Shown here: piece by piece, positions 37,699 to 51,661 of the stretch
Position numbering within the stretch: the first letter of the stretch is position 1
How the letters are laid out: every line of letters starts with the position of its first letter
Origin: Lama glama
Lineage: Eukaryota
Assembly: GCA_028534125.1 (NCBI GenBank)
Contig: CM052851.1
Coordinates: 38,440,001 to 38,504,000 of the forward strand
Length of the DNA: 64,000 bases
Direction: 5' to 3'
The notes under the pieces: generated by a model
The model's input: only the letters and a program-made list of their open reading frames with translations
What the model was told of the DNA's origin: nothing
The model's database searches: none
Made by a program: the position numbers and the translations under genes

Positions 37699-38973
37699 CA
37701 GGGCAGGCTACATATTCTGTAGGGCTTAGGACAAAAAGAAAATATGGGGCCTCTTGGTCAAGAAGCAGGAAAAAAGGGCTGTNNNNNNNNNNNNNNNNNN
37801 NNNNNNNNNNNNNNNNNNNNNNNNNNNNNNNNNNNNNNNNNNNNNNNNNNNNNNNNNNNNNNNNNNNNNNNNNNNNNNNNNNNNNNNNNNNNNNNNNNNN
37901 NNNNNNNNNNNNNNNNNNNNNNNNNTTTGTTCAATGGGTAATTTCAGTCTNNNNNNNNNNNNNNNNNNNNNNNNNNNNNNNNNNNNNNNNNNNNNNNNNN
38001 NNNNNNNNNNNNNNNNNNNNNNNNNNNNNNNNNNNNNNNNNNNNNNNNNNNNNNNNNNNNNNNNNNNNNNNNNNNNNNNNNNNNCACATAAAAGAATACA
38101 TAAGGTTTTTCTTTCTTCTGCAGTCTCTTGACTTGTCATGGTGCCTTTAATTTGCTATTCAACATAGTCCTAAGAAAAATTAAAGACTTAAGTTTTTAGC
38201 ATGAATTTTACCCTTCATCTTTATATTGTACATTATCAGTTTTCAATGAAAATGTCAGAGGATTTAACTTGTATTTAGAATCACTGAAATAATACCATTT
38301 TCATTTTTTGGCTCATTCTGGGAGGGTGCCTTGAGCTGGCTAGAAGACACAAACAGCCAGGCTCAGGAAAAATAGGAGGAAGTGGACTCCCCTCTCCCCC
38401 TGCCACCAGCACAGAGCCTACAGAAAGAGGCCTCCGGGGCACAGGACCCCATGGATGTCTGGAGCAGGTGTCACTTCAGCCTGACAGCTACCAATTTCCC
38501 ATCCCCACAGGCCTCCACCCCAGCCCACAGCAAACGTGCTTCTTCAAAAGGTATCTTTCGAAGGTATCTTCAAAACTCAGAGCTGGGACGCATCCAGTAC
38601 GAGGATGAGCAAGAGCTAGCTCCTGTCCAGACTCAGCTAATGTTGGCTGCCCAACAGGAACACTGTGGTGTCGCCAGGCTGGGGTGAGGATGGCCGCCAC
38701 CATGACACCCACCATCCCGCTCTGGCTCCAGGCCCCTGCCAGGCAGAGGAGTGGTGGTGAGAACCCATCCAGGGAGGCCATGGGTGGGTGAGTGGGGACT
38801 ATGGGGACTGTGTAAGTGCAGGCTCCAAGTTCCCAGTGCCTGCTCCATTATTCCAGGAGACTTCATTTAACAAAGAGTCAAAGATAAAATGATTAAGAAT
38901 TTCCAGACTGCAACCACAGTGCATCAAATCCCAAGTGCAGGGTCATGTTCAACCATACTGGTCACACACCCTG
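37699..38973 (+). mobile_element. Non-autonomous hAT-Tip100 DNA transposon, long MER45-family copy
   Basis: CAGGG...CCCTG termini, MER45-like subterminal motifs (GCTACATATTCTGTAGGGC; ATTAAGAATTTCCAGA), 8-bp TSD CTCCTCAG/TTCCTCAG. Confidence 0.8.
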
Positions 38974-40689
38974 TTCCTCAGGCCAAAGAAAAGAGTGTAT
39001 TTGGCTGGAGTATTCTTTGAAGGATCCCCCACCCCCACCCCCACATCCTTAAAGGAAACCTAAGTGTGGAAGTGCTTACAGGGGAGGGGCTGGGGCAGCC
39101 TTTCTCCATGTCCCATGTGTTCCCTTTCCTTTCCCTCCCTGAAAACAGACTCCAGCTGTACACCTTTCCTTTCACCCACCCCCTCCCCTGCTCACTGGTG
39201 CTTGACTGACTGATCTACAACTTATCTGAGCCAGGAAATACTGGAATGTAAATTCCTTGGGATGAGACATGGAATCCAGCCCATTTCAGCGCTGAGTGCG
39301 TGGTTTCCCAAGTTACCTCGTCCTGGGGCTGCCATGCAGGAAGGCAGCACATGAGACTGTCCAAAGTCGGTTTGCCCCTAATGGCCAGGGGTGAAGTGGA
39401 GGCACAGGGAGCGGTCTGGCCCTCTGGGTAGCTGCCACCTGTAGAGGATTAAGGAAGCCAAATACTCTTTATTTCCTAATTCTTATGAGTGCAGATTGTA
39501 GCAATGTACTTTCCCTTATAGTGGCCCCAAGTTGTGTCTGGGATAGAGTAGGGGTGTTTTTCTCGGACTGAAAGGCTTGCCCTGAGCGTCATCTGGATCA
39601 CATTGCAGAGTTGTGCGCCCACCAGTCCATCTGCTCAAGTGTTCTCGCGTTTCATCACGTGCCTTTCGGGGACTCTTCAACTTGGGATGGCTCCTCTCTG
39701 CACCCTGCACTGAGAAGAATCCCATACCAGCTTTACTAGCAACTGTTAGTGCGTCAGCTGGAGTTGCCCCTTGGGGGCAAGATGCCACCTTCTCTCGGCT
39801 CTTGAGGTCCCTTCCCTGGAAAGACAGGTAAGGGACAAACCAGCAGCACCCCTCTGCCCTTTTCTCTGGTGCCAGGAGGAAGGCATTTTCTTTTGAGCTG
39901 AGGGATAAGCAGGGCCCCCCAGCAGCATCCAGCTCAGCCCTGCCCAATCTAGCTGATAAAGGAGCCAGAGTGAGGGAGAAACACCCTGGAATCTGAACAA
40001 AGGCAGAGGGAAGGAAAGTCTGGGGAGGCTGAGCTTGGGTTTCAGTTTTGGAAAGCACAGCAGACCTGGCCGGGCCCTGCAGAAGAGCGTTGTCAGCAGC
40101 CGGGCCCTGGACCAGGAGGCGGGAGAGCCCCCCCAAGTTCGAGATTCTGTTCTTCCCCTATCCTCCCGTGCTGGCCCCTTTCTGGGCCTCAGCAGGGACT
40201 TGTGTGTGTGTTTAAATATCTCTGTCAAGAATGGAGACCAAGACTGTGGGTGACTAAGACCTTCTCTAATGTTTTACATCTATGAAGAGCTTTGAAGGGA
40301 AAGCAGCCAATCCCCTGCCCAACCCTGAAGGGTTTCCCATTTCAAATGACTAAGTCATGACCCTTTTTAGCCAGACTTCAAAGAACCTGATCAAAGATAA
40401 CATTTATATTAAATAGAACAGCACAGCATTTTTTCCTTTTTACTGTAAAGCCTGAAATGAAAAACAGCCCCATTTCAGCTCTCTGGCAAACAAGCTACAG
40501 AAAGGAGTGATTGTTGCAGGACAACCCTCACACAGACTCTGCCCGCTTTTTTTGGAACTTGCTGGGCCCTACACTGAATTTCCGACATTAGAGATGGTTC
40601 TTCAGGTGCTCAGGTCACTAGGCAATCAAAAATCACCAAGGCCCATCTTGATAATCTCTGCCATAAGCTGTTATCATCCGAGAAGGCAG

Positions 40690-40910
40690 CTGTGATGTGG
40701 TGAAAAAAACACCTTGGACGTGGGCATCAAAAAGTCTGAGTCCGCAAGACTTTGCCCTGTGTAGACACTTAACCTCTCTGTACCTTCACTTTCCTCATGT
40801 ACAGAAGTGGGGTAATAAATCCTATATATCTGACAAAATTGTTATGAGTAGATAAAAATGTATGCAAAAGTACTTATTCTGTGCTTGATACACAATATAC
40901 TCTCAACATA
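40690..40910 (+). mobile_element. MIR
   Basis: CACTTAACCTCTCTGTACCTTCACTTTCCTCATGTACAGAAGTGGGGTAATAA. Confidence 0.72.
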
Positions 40911-41001
40911 TGAATGCTGGATTATAATCTATTACGTTTGTATTTTCTGCAACATTTCCCCCATCCCCATACCAATTTAATGAAACAAATATAAAGGTAA
41001 C

Positions 41002-41914
41002 NNNNNNNNNNNNNNNNNNNNNNNNNNNNNNNNNNNNNNNNNNNNNNNNNNNNNNNNNNNNNNNNNNNNNNNNNNNNNNNNNNNNNNNNNNNNNNNNNNN
41101 NNNNNNNNNNNNNNNNNNNNNNNNNNNNNNNNNCCAATTACAGCACTGTTATCCCGGGCTCCAACCTGTGGTCAAACTTTGATAGTTCATTATTTTTAAA
41201 AAACAGTAACAAAAAACTGAACACTAAGGAGAATCTTTAACAAAAAGAAAGTACTGGATTCAACTTTTTAATTTTAAATAACCAAACTTTGTAATTTTAT
41301 ACATAATTCAATGTAATGCTAATATAATTAGCACTTCAGCTTGAAGAGCTGGTATTTAACAGGGATGGAAAATTATAATGAATAGTCTTCAAACCGTGAG
41401 ATACAAATAAAAATGGACAAGTATACAGTAGAACAAAAACTGCAGACACTCTACTAGCTGAGGGAAATATCTGAAGGCTTTACATCCTTTATTGTCCATG
41501 ATGGCTTTTGGAATTATGATTGTTTGATGAATAGAACCTTTGACATTTCAGATATAGCCTTTATTTATTTATTTTCACAGTAAGTTAAAAATCCATCATA
41601 AGACTCTGTAAGACATCAGTGGTCTTGTGTGTTGACTCTAGGAGTTTGTGATCTGATAAAAGAGTAACATAAAAATTTACTGTATTGCCCTAATTTCATA
41701 CTTTGTTGTACACAATGAATCAGTTTGGGAAATCTATTCCAAGGGTTATATACACAAAAGTGTTGAGAATAAAACCTTCTCCACTTTTGCATAAAAATGT
41801 GTACAGTGTTTCAGGAATGGAAAATTTCTAATTTTCCTGGGCCCGGACTTCATGGATCTCTGCTGCCTGAAGATGAAAGGCTCCTCTTCCTTTATTGCTC
41901 CACTGTTCAGAGGA
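41002..41914 (-). other. ZNF143: ZNF143 3'UTR (3' end approximate, partly masked)
   Basis: AU-rich sequence with AATAAA at 41896-91, 41573-60 (three overlapping) and 41493-88, and ATTAAA at 41272-67. Confidence 0.7.
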
Positions 41915-42025
<111 letters not shown>

Positions 42026-42737
42026 TTAAGATAATGCCAAAGAAATATAATATGCCAGAAGTAAAAGTGCTCTCTGTAATTCTGACACCTGGGCTTGTTA
42101 GGGTACTACTGCCGATCCACAAAACACAAAAACAAATTCCTGCTGGGGAGAATAATGCAGTTTCTTTATTTAGGGTATTTGATAAGCCTTCACAAATTGA
42201 AGGAACAAAAGATCTTTTCCAATGGAGATATTCAGAGAGCTTCCTGAGCCTTTAGCTTCTCTGCCCATAAACTAGATTAAAACCAACAGCTAGAATTTCC
42301 TGAGTGTGTTCTAACCCTTTTCCAAGTAAATACATTAAGAAAACAAACAAACCTTCCCAAGGAAAGGTAATCTACACCTAGCATTCTAGATTCTCTGCCT
42401 GAATTCAGTGACTTCCCAGAGAATGGTTTCTTCACAGTCTTCTGACATTGCCCACCACAGAATAGCACTGTGCAGTGATTCTCGGAGGACTAACTTAGGG
42501 TCTGTGTTTACACAAGGTTCATTTCCAAGGAACAGCTCTTAAGTGCTTTATACAATCCTGCCCAGTTACACTTTCATTTTGAGAGTAAAGATGGCTGCCC
42601 AGGTACAAATAGGGATATATACCAGGAACCTTATTTTTCTTGCTACAAATTCCCCTAGAATATGTAAAGATAGTAGAGAACAAAGTTTTGGTCTCCTTGA
42701 GTCTACTTCAAAGACAGCAATTTCCTTAATATGGCTA

Positions 42738-43046
<309 letters not shown>

Positions 43047-45345
43047 TCAAATTCAAAAGGAAAACCTCTTCTGACCATAGACTTCTAGAAGCCTAAAGCT
43101 GGAAAAGACCTTACATATTGTCTATACTGGGCTCCTCTTTTTTTATTTGAGGAAATTGAAGCTTAGAAAGAAGGGACTGATTTTAAGGTTATGAAGTGAG
43201 CCAATGGCAAAACAGAGTAGAGGACACTGGAGAAGTGGATTCACTATACCAGGCTCCATTTGCCAAGAGAGACGTGACTGTGCCTGAAGTCTTATCCCTA
43301 AGTGGCTGCCAGGGAAGTTACATATGTGGATTAATTCACACCTCAAATGTCTAATTATTCCTGATTTTTGATCAGTGGTAGACATACTATTTTTTCCTGT
43401 TTATCTGTTGCATTTAAAATTAGATTTCCATTTCACTAGGAAAACAAAGGACCAGTAGCATTACTCACAAAATAGCAACATATCTTGTTATTCTCATTTC
43501 CTCTTTTAGAGTCCATGCAATCTTTCCATATTGTTTCTGAAGCAGCTAGCCGTTATGGTTAAAAGTGCTTTCATGGCTCTTAAACCACACATGTAGCTTT
43601 TTCTATGTAGGTAACACAGAAAATGGCATCAACTGCTTCTGTTGTATGGTATTTTAAAAGTTGGTTCAGTCAAACTCAGAGAAAGAATAGGTTAAAAAAT
43701 AAAATTACTATTTTACTTGGCTATTAATCCACTGAAAATGCTAGATTTTAAAGCTAATAGATATTTAGCTTGGATCAATCCCAGTGATGTTCCATAGTCT
43801 AGCAATAGACTTCAGTCCAGCAATGGTGGAGTAGCTTATATTGGACTAACCCTTTCAATTATATTACAATTATAAAGTGTGGAAAAAATATGAAAAAGCA
43901 ACTATTTGAAGGCATTGGTGAACAATGAAAAGCAGAAGGAAATGGAGGGGATTCTCAGAAGAAGGTAACCACACTGGGTCACAACTAGGTTTAAACAGCT
44001 TTTCCCCCTGAGGGTACTCATCAGTCTGAGCAGCATGGGGCAGCTAAAGGTATCAAATAATGGAGTCTAGGGATGCCACAATGGCTATGTATTGAGAGGG
44101 GTGTCCTAGAAAGGAGAACACCAGAGGGAAGGGAGCCCCCAAACCTGCACATAAACTCCCCTCAATTCTTTAAGACCTCAGAACTGGAAGTTCCAGTAAA
44201 TCTAGTAAAAAGCAGCAGCTAGAAGGCTGAAAAGCTGAGATTTCAGTGATGCCACAGGAGAGACAGGATTTAGAATTTCAATCCCACCAAGTTAGAGGGG
44301 CTTGGAAAACCCCTTGGGCTTTCAATTGAAACTCTAAGGGCCACACTTTAGGAGTAAAGTAAAGATTATGTCCCAGGACTACAGATTCACCCTGAGACCA
44401 AATGGCAAAACTGAAATAGACCCACCTTAATTAAGGATAAAACAGCCTTCACAAATAACTACCTGATAAGAACAAAATCAATATTCTTCAGAGAGAGAGA
44501 ACAAAATTAAAAATCTCTACCATGTACCAACTATAATGTACAGAATACAATAAAAAATTTTAATACATGAGAAGAGGAAAATGTAACCCAGAGTCACGAG
44601 AAAATGAAGGCAACAAAAACAGACCTTGAGATGACCAAAATGTTGGAATTAGCAAACCAGGGTTTTAATACAGCTATTATAAATATGTTAAAAGGCTTAT
44701 CGAATGTGCACAAGGGAAAATCTCAGTAGACGATAAAAACTATTTTCAAAAAAGTAGATTCTATGATTGAAAATTACAGTATCTAAAATTATCAGTATGG
44801 GCATAATAGAAGATGGTGATGTCAAAAGAAAAGGTCAGTGAACTTAGAGACAGATCAATAAGAATTACCCATCTGAAGAACTAAGAAAAAAAAGACATAC
44901 ACACACAAAAAAGAATGGATCCCCAGCAACTTGTGGGACACCACCAAGTTAATATACATACAATTAGAGACCCAGAAGGAAAAGAGAAACAGAATGAGGC
45001 AGAATAAAAATTTCTGAATGGTCAAACTTTTCCTAAATCTGGTAAAAAAAAAAAAAGTCCCCCCAATAATATTATATATTCTTATAATTATATATAAGGC
45101 GGCTAGCAGAGAAATACAAAGAAAAACAACATCAGAATTAAATTGCTAAAAAAGGAATATAAAGAAAAAGTCTAGAAACAGCAAGAGGATAACTGAACAA
45201 TGATAAAGATGGCTGATTTCTTATCAGAAATAATGAAGGACAGGGACAATTTAAAGAGCTGAAAGAAAAAAAAAACTGCTGACTAAAAATTCTACATATA
45301 CCAAAAATATCCTTCAAAACAAATATTTTTCAAAAAGAAAGGTGA

Positions 45346-45460
45346 GGGGGGAGGGTATAGCTGAGTGGTAGACTGAGAGTTCAATCCCCAGTACCTTCAT
45401 TAACATAAATAAACCTAACTGCCTCCTCTCCACCCCCCCCAAAAAAAAACAAAAAAAAAA
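45346..45460 (+). mobile_element. Internally deleted vic-1-type SINE nested in L1
   Basis: GGGTATAGCTGAGTGGTAGA..GTTCAATCCCCAGTACC, C-rich/A tail, TSD AAAGGTGA. Confidence 0.8.
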
Positions 45461-46297
45461 AGGTGAAATACTATATTTTCAAATAAATCTGTGACTGTAG
45501 ATCTGCACTACAAATAATGCTAAAGTATATGCTTCAGGCTAAATGGATGATTCCATATGGGAACTCAAATCTACACAAAGGAATAAAAGGCACTAGAAAT
45601 GATAAATTTAGGATAAGTATAAAATATTATGCTTCCTATTGTCCTGTAACTTAACTTAAAAGATTAACTTTAATGCTAAAATATAATATTGTACTACAGA
45701 GGTTATAACATATGTAAATGTAAAATCACAGCAGCACAAAAAGTAGGGAGGGGCATGAATGAAAATATGGTGTGTCAAGGTTCTTAGACTTTACATAAAG
45801 CAGTACAATATTAAGTCTAAGCAGACTGCAATAACTTAAGGATGCACATTGTAATCCCTGGAGCAACCACAAAAAAAGTTAACACAGAGGGTATAATTAC
45901 AAGTCATCTGAGGAATTAAAATTAAATATGTATGTACCTAATAACAGAGCTTTAAAATACTGGAAGTAAAAAATAACAACTAAAAAGGGAGAAAGATACA
46001 AATCCACAATGAGAGTTGGAGATATTAATTCCTTTTTCTTAGTAACTCACAGAACAAAGATAGAAAAGATTAATAAGGTTATAGAATATTTGAACAACAG
46101 TACCAACCACTTTAACCTAATGTATAGTATGCTACATCCAATTAGTGCAGAACACACATTCTTTTCAAATACATACAGAATACAATGGGAAATCAATGAA
46201 AGACACATGGAAAACAAGTCTCAAATTTAAAAATAATGAAATCTTAAAGAACGTGTTTTCTGACCATAACCAATGTAAATTAAAAATCAAGAACAAT

Positions 46298-46392
46298 GGG
46301 GGGCAGTGGGTACAGCTCAATGGTAGATCATTGAGCCTAGCATGCATGAGGTCTGGGGTTCAATCCCCAATACTTTGATTTAAAAAAAAAAA
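46298..46392 (+). mobile_element. Diverged vic-1-type SINE nested in L1
   Basis: GGTACAGCTCAATGGTAGA...CTAGCATGCATGAGGTCTGGGGTTCAATCCCCA plus poly-A. Confidence 0.8.
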
Positions 46393-47589
46393 CAGGTATC
46401 TAGAAAAGTACTAGATATTAAAAAATTAAGCAATCTACATGCAAATTAAAAACACAATGATATACCATTTCACATCTATTAGAATGGCTAAAATTTTAAA
46501 GAGTATCACCTCAAAATGTTGATGCTATGAAACAAGCAGAATTCTTATACAGTAATACGTGGGAGTGTATGACAGAACCACTAAGGAGAACTGTCCGCAC
46601 CTTTGTACCAGGTTAAATATACCTCTGCCTTATGACCCGGCAACTCCAGAAACAGGTATTTATCTAAGAGAAATGAGAATATATGGCTACAAATATCATA
46701 CTAGAATTTTTACTGCCACCTTATTCATAATATTCAAAAACTGGAAGCATCCCAATTGTTCATCAAGGGGAGAATGTATCAACAAATTCTGATAAATTCC
46801 TACAACAGAATACTGCTTAACAATAAAAATGAATGAACTGATGTTATAAACAAGAACATGGATAATCTCCAAAATGTTATGTTAAAGAAAAAACCCACAT
46901 ACAAAAGAGTTTATAGTCTGGTTCCATGATGCAAAGTTCAAGAACAATCAGAACAACTGGATGAGGACTGACTGGAAGGGGTCCTGAGGGAACTTTCTGG
47001 AGTAATGGAAATGTTCTGTATCTTCTTTGGGATGGGATGGGTGTGTGTGTTTAATAACTAACTGAATTATACACTTAAGATCTGTGCGTTTCATTGTACA
47101 TAAATTTTACCTCAATGAAGAAAAAGCAGACTGCAGGCTAATATTGAAAAACATGTTCAACTTCAGTAGTAGTCAGATAAATAGAACTAAAAATACAATT
47201 TATCCTTTACTTGTGAATTGTGCAAATATATACATATAAAAATTCTCAATGCTAGCAAGAGTACAGTGAAACAAGAATACCTTTAGATCCACGGCATAAT
47301 TGTTAAAAATTTCTGGAAAATAATTTGGCAATATATAGCAAGAAGCTTAAAATAGTTCATACCATTAATCCAAAAATTCCACATCTAGAATTTGTTTCCT
47401 CTGAAAATAATCAGAGGCTTACACAATAAATTATGTATGCGGAATGAGTTAATAAAAGAACATTTAATTGATACAAGAATGTACTCAGAATGCAGTGTTA
47501 GGTGGATGACAAGCATACAAAATTATATCACAATCCTAACTTTGTTCACACATGCACCCACACAGGAAAAATGGAGTAAATAGTCCTAA

Positions 47590-50330
47590 ATGTTGACACT
47601 AGTTATTTTAACATAAACAAATAGCTGATTTTTAGTTTGAGTCTCTATTTTCAAATTCTTTTGAAAACCTTTAAGTGGAATTATTGGATCATATGTAATT
47701 CTATGTTCAACTTTTTAAGGAACTGCCATATTGTTTTCCATACCATTTTACATTCCCATGAACAATGCCCAAGAGTTTCAATTTCTCTACATTGTCCCCA
47801 AAACTTATTTTCTGTTTTTTGGACAACAGCCATTGCAATGGGGGTGAAGCAGTATCTCACTGTGGTTTTGATTTGTATTTCCCTAATGATGAAATGATGT
47901 TGAGTATCTTTTCATGTGCTAATCGGCCATCTGTAAATCTTCTTGGAGAAATGTCTATTCAAGTCTTAAGCTCATTTTTTAAACAGAGTTGCTTGTTTTT
48001 TTTTCTTGTTGAGTTATAGGAGTTCTTTATATAGTCAAGATATTTTTCCCATGTAATACTATTTTTATNNNNNNNNNNNNNNNNNNNNNNNNNNNNNNNN
48101 NNNNNNNNNNNNNNNNNNNNNNNNNNNNNNNNNNNNNNNNNNNNNNNNNNNNNNNNNNNNNNNNNNNNNNNNNNNNNNNNNNNNNNNNNNNNNNNNNNNN
48201 NNNNNNNNNNNNNNNNNNNNNNNNNNNNNNNNNNNNNNNNNNNNNNNGTGCTACATGTAAGAAACAGTCTCCTAATCTATCTTTTTCTTCTTTCATTGCC
48301 TGTGCTTTTGGTGTCATACATAAGAAATTCAAGATCATGAAGATTTTCACCTGTTTTATTCTAAGACTTTCATANNNNNNNNNNNNNNNNNNNNNNNNNN
48401 NNNNNNNNNNNNNNNNNNNNNNNNNNNNNNNNNNNNNNNNNNNNNNNNNNNNNNNNNNNNNNNNNNNNNNNNNNNNNNNNNNNNNNNNNNNNNNNNNNNN
48501 NNNNNNNNNNNNNNNNTAGTCAAAATTTTAATTATTGAAATTTAGTTGACTATATATGTGGGGGTTCTTCCAGACTCTGTATTTTATTCCACTGGGAATA
48601 TATATTACTTTTGTAGTCTGAAATTAACTAACTAAAATAGATGGAAAGCATATACTCTTCCATCTGTACCTGCCAACTAGGCTTCCAGGGGCACCTGGAA
48701 AAATGAGTCTGAGAAATGCAATTACCTTAATTAAAAAAAAAAAAGACTTAGGGAAGGACTGACTGCTTTCTTCCCACACATGTAAAGAAATAAGCTATAG
48801 CCAATTTAAATGTTACAGATAATTCACAGGTGGAGTCAGTCCAAACATACCAGTGGATAGTCAACATTCACCCAACGGCCTACATGTAGTTACAGTAGAA
48901 GGAGCAGTGGTGGCAGAGGTCCTCAAGTGACCTCCCCCAACCCCTACCCACAATGTGATATATCCCTGGTTGCTGGAAGCTGCCTGGCTTCATTCTAGCT
49001 CTCAAAACCTCCTCTCTTGAGAATTTTCTTGGCCCGCAGGCTAAAGATAAGGTACATAAGAATGTCTGCTTTAGGATCACTATCTTTCCAGACCCACAAC
49101 TGTAATTGGCACAAGGTGTATTTACCCAAGCTGGACTATAAACCCATCCAGGAATCATGGAGCCATGCAAATGACTGCAAACCGATTAGATGGGACCATT
49201 CCATAAGACAGCCTGAAAGCTAGTGGTTGGGTTTTTGTTTGTTTGGGCATAAGGTTCAATAAGCAAACAATAAAAATGCATGGATCTTAGGTGTTCTGTT
49301 GAGTTTTAACAGTTAGATACAACTGTGAAACCACCACCTAAAACAGGAGTAGAACAGTTCCTTCATATTCCATTCCATCAATTCCCTCCCCACCCCCAGC
49401 CAAGCAGCACTTTCTGATTTCTATCACCATGGATTTGTCTTGTCTGTTCTTGGATTTCATGTTAAGTGGAATCATATGGTATGCATTCTAGTGGAACTGC
49501 TGAGTCACAGGGAAGAGGTATGTTCGAAGTTATAAGAAACTGCCAAACAGTTCTCCAAAGTGGTTGTATCATTTTACACTCCCACTAGTGTGCTCCATGT
49601 CCTACTTGCTTCGTATCTTTGCCAACATTTGACTTTGTTAGTTTTTTTTATTTTAGCCATTTATTTCCCTGTGTCTGTAATGGTATCTCACTGTGATTTT
49701 AATTTGCATTTCTTTGATGACTAAAGATGTTGATCACTTTTTTGTGTTAACTGCCATTCATGTATCTTTTTTTTGTGAAGGGTCTATTCAAATAAGCAAT
49801 CAAATGATCTGCTCACTTTAAAGAATTTCACTTATTTATTTTGCTCATTTTAAATGGGTTGTTCATTGTTTCATTATTGATTTACAGAAGTTTGTTATAT
49901 ATTTTCAATACAAGTCCACTGTCAGATATATATAGTGTAAATATCTTTTTCCTAGTTTGGGGCTTAACTAATCTTTTTCTTCATGTTGTCTTTTGGTGAG
50001 CAGAATTAATTTTGAAGAAGTCCAATTTATCAGAAAAGAAAAAATTTTATTGTTAGTGCATTTTGTATCCTGTCCAAGAAATCTTTACCCTAAGGTTACA
50101 AAAACATTCACTTTTCTTCTAGAAGCTTTATGATTCTGAGTTTTGTATTTCAAGGTGTAGAAGATCTTCAATTTTTTTCTTTTTTCAAGATTGTTTTGGC
50201 TATTATAGGTCCTTTGCATTTTTCAGTAAATTTTAGAATCAAATTATCTGTATCTTCAAAAAAGCCTGCTGGAATTTTGATTGTGATGGTATTGAATCTA
50301 TAAATGAATTTAGGAAGAATGACAGCTACT
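47590..50330 (-). mobile_element. L1 ORF2/3' fragments, interrupted at ~48620-49270 by other sequence
   Basis: Typical antisense L1 text (TATCTCACTGTGGTTTTGATTTGTATTTCCCTAATGA; GAAATGTCTATTCAAGTC; ATTTTAGAATCA). Confidence 0.8.
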
Positions 50331-50439
50331 AATTTTGACAGACTCTTTCATTGAACAGTGTAAGGGAGCTGCAGTGAAACTCAGCATTGCCTTCAGCACA
50401 GTACAAGAACAATTTTTAAATACATTAACCAACATCATT

Positions 50440-51160
50440 TATTTTGAGAGAAATGAAAATTAAAACTACAAAGAGATACATCAGATTGGCAAAAACCCAA
50501 AGGTTTGATACCACTACGTTGACTATCAGAAGAGGAAGAGGCACTCTCAAGTGCTGCAGGTAAAAATGTAGATTGGCACAACCCTAGAAAGGAAGTTTGG
50601 CAACACTTAACATAATTACAAATGCATATGTCTTTTCACCCAGCAATTCCGCTATAGGAATTCATCTGATAGCAGATACTCACACACATGCAAAATCACA
50701 TGTGCACAAGGTTATATATTGTTTGAAACAGCAAAAGACTTTAAGAAAATTATGGCGTGTCCATACAGTGGAATATGATATAGCTTAAAAAAAATTAGGA
50801 AGCTCTCTACATAATGAAGTAGAAGATTTTTCTGGATGTGTTATTAAGGTTAAAGAAAACAAAAAACAAAAAACAAAAAAAATAAGGTGAAGAACACTAT
50901 AGAGTTTACTCCCATAAAAAGAGTGGAGGGGGAATGGGAGATGACTATTTATTTAATTTGTTTATACACGCTTACTGAATTGTTGGAAAAATACCCAAGA
51001 AACTGATAAAAGTGGATTATGATTATCTCTATGGGGCAAGAACTAGGCTGACGGAGGCAGGGGTGGAAGGCAGACTTTTCACTGCGTACCTGTATGTACG
51101 TTTTGCTTTTTGAACTATGTGAATATATTACATATTCAAAAATTAAATAAAGTAAATTTT
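50440..51160 (+). mobile_element. L1ME-type 3' fragment
   Basis: AAATGAAAATTAAAACTACA...CCCAGCAATTCCGCTATAGGAATTCATC...TGAACTATGTGAATATATTAC. Confidence 0.7.
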
Positions 51161-51214
51161 GCAAATGAATTTCCCTAAGTATCTGATGTTGACAGAGATG
51201 ATAGGAAGAATGAC

Positions 51215-51410
51215 CATTAATGAACACTTAATATACACCTGGGCTGAGTACTTTACATGTATTATCTCATTTAATCCTTCTGTTAACCTATGGGATCGAT
51301 GCAATAATTACTCTGATTTTACAGATGAGGAAAAACTGAGACTCAGAGGAGTCTCAGCTAAGAAGTTGTAAAACTAGGATTCAATCTGAGGTTTGTATGC
51401 TTAACTACTA
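51215..51410 (-). mobile_element. MIR
   Basis: TATCTCATTTAATCCT...TTTTACAGATGAGGAAAAACTGAGACTCAGAG. Confidence 0.78.
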
Positions 51411-51415
51411 TATCA

Positions 51416-51661
<246 letters not shown>

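Larger units (their letters stand above)
43805..47125 (+). mobile_element. Old, internally deleted L1 (5' region, ORF1/ORF2 relics, 3' end), antisense to ZNF143
   Basis: A-rich strand; ORF2-like relic translations (KIEKINKVIEYLNNSTNHFNL; LPYDPATPETGIYLREM; TLFIIFKNWKHPNC); L1M 3' end motif. Confidence 0.85.

Noticed and set aside
37416-38150. 244-aa ORF and other X-containing ORFs
   Set aside because: Length is produced by N runs; this one overlaps a DNA transposon
39516-40228. 206-aa and 160-aa minus-strand ORFs
   Set aside because: No recognisable homology or exon structure; consistent with chance ORFs in GC-richer DNA
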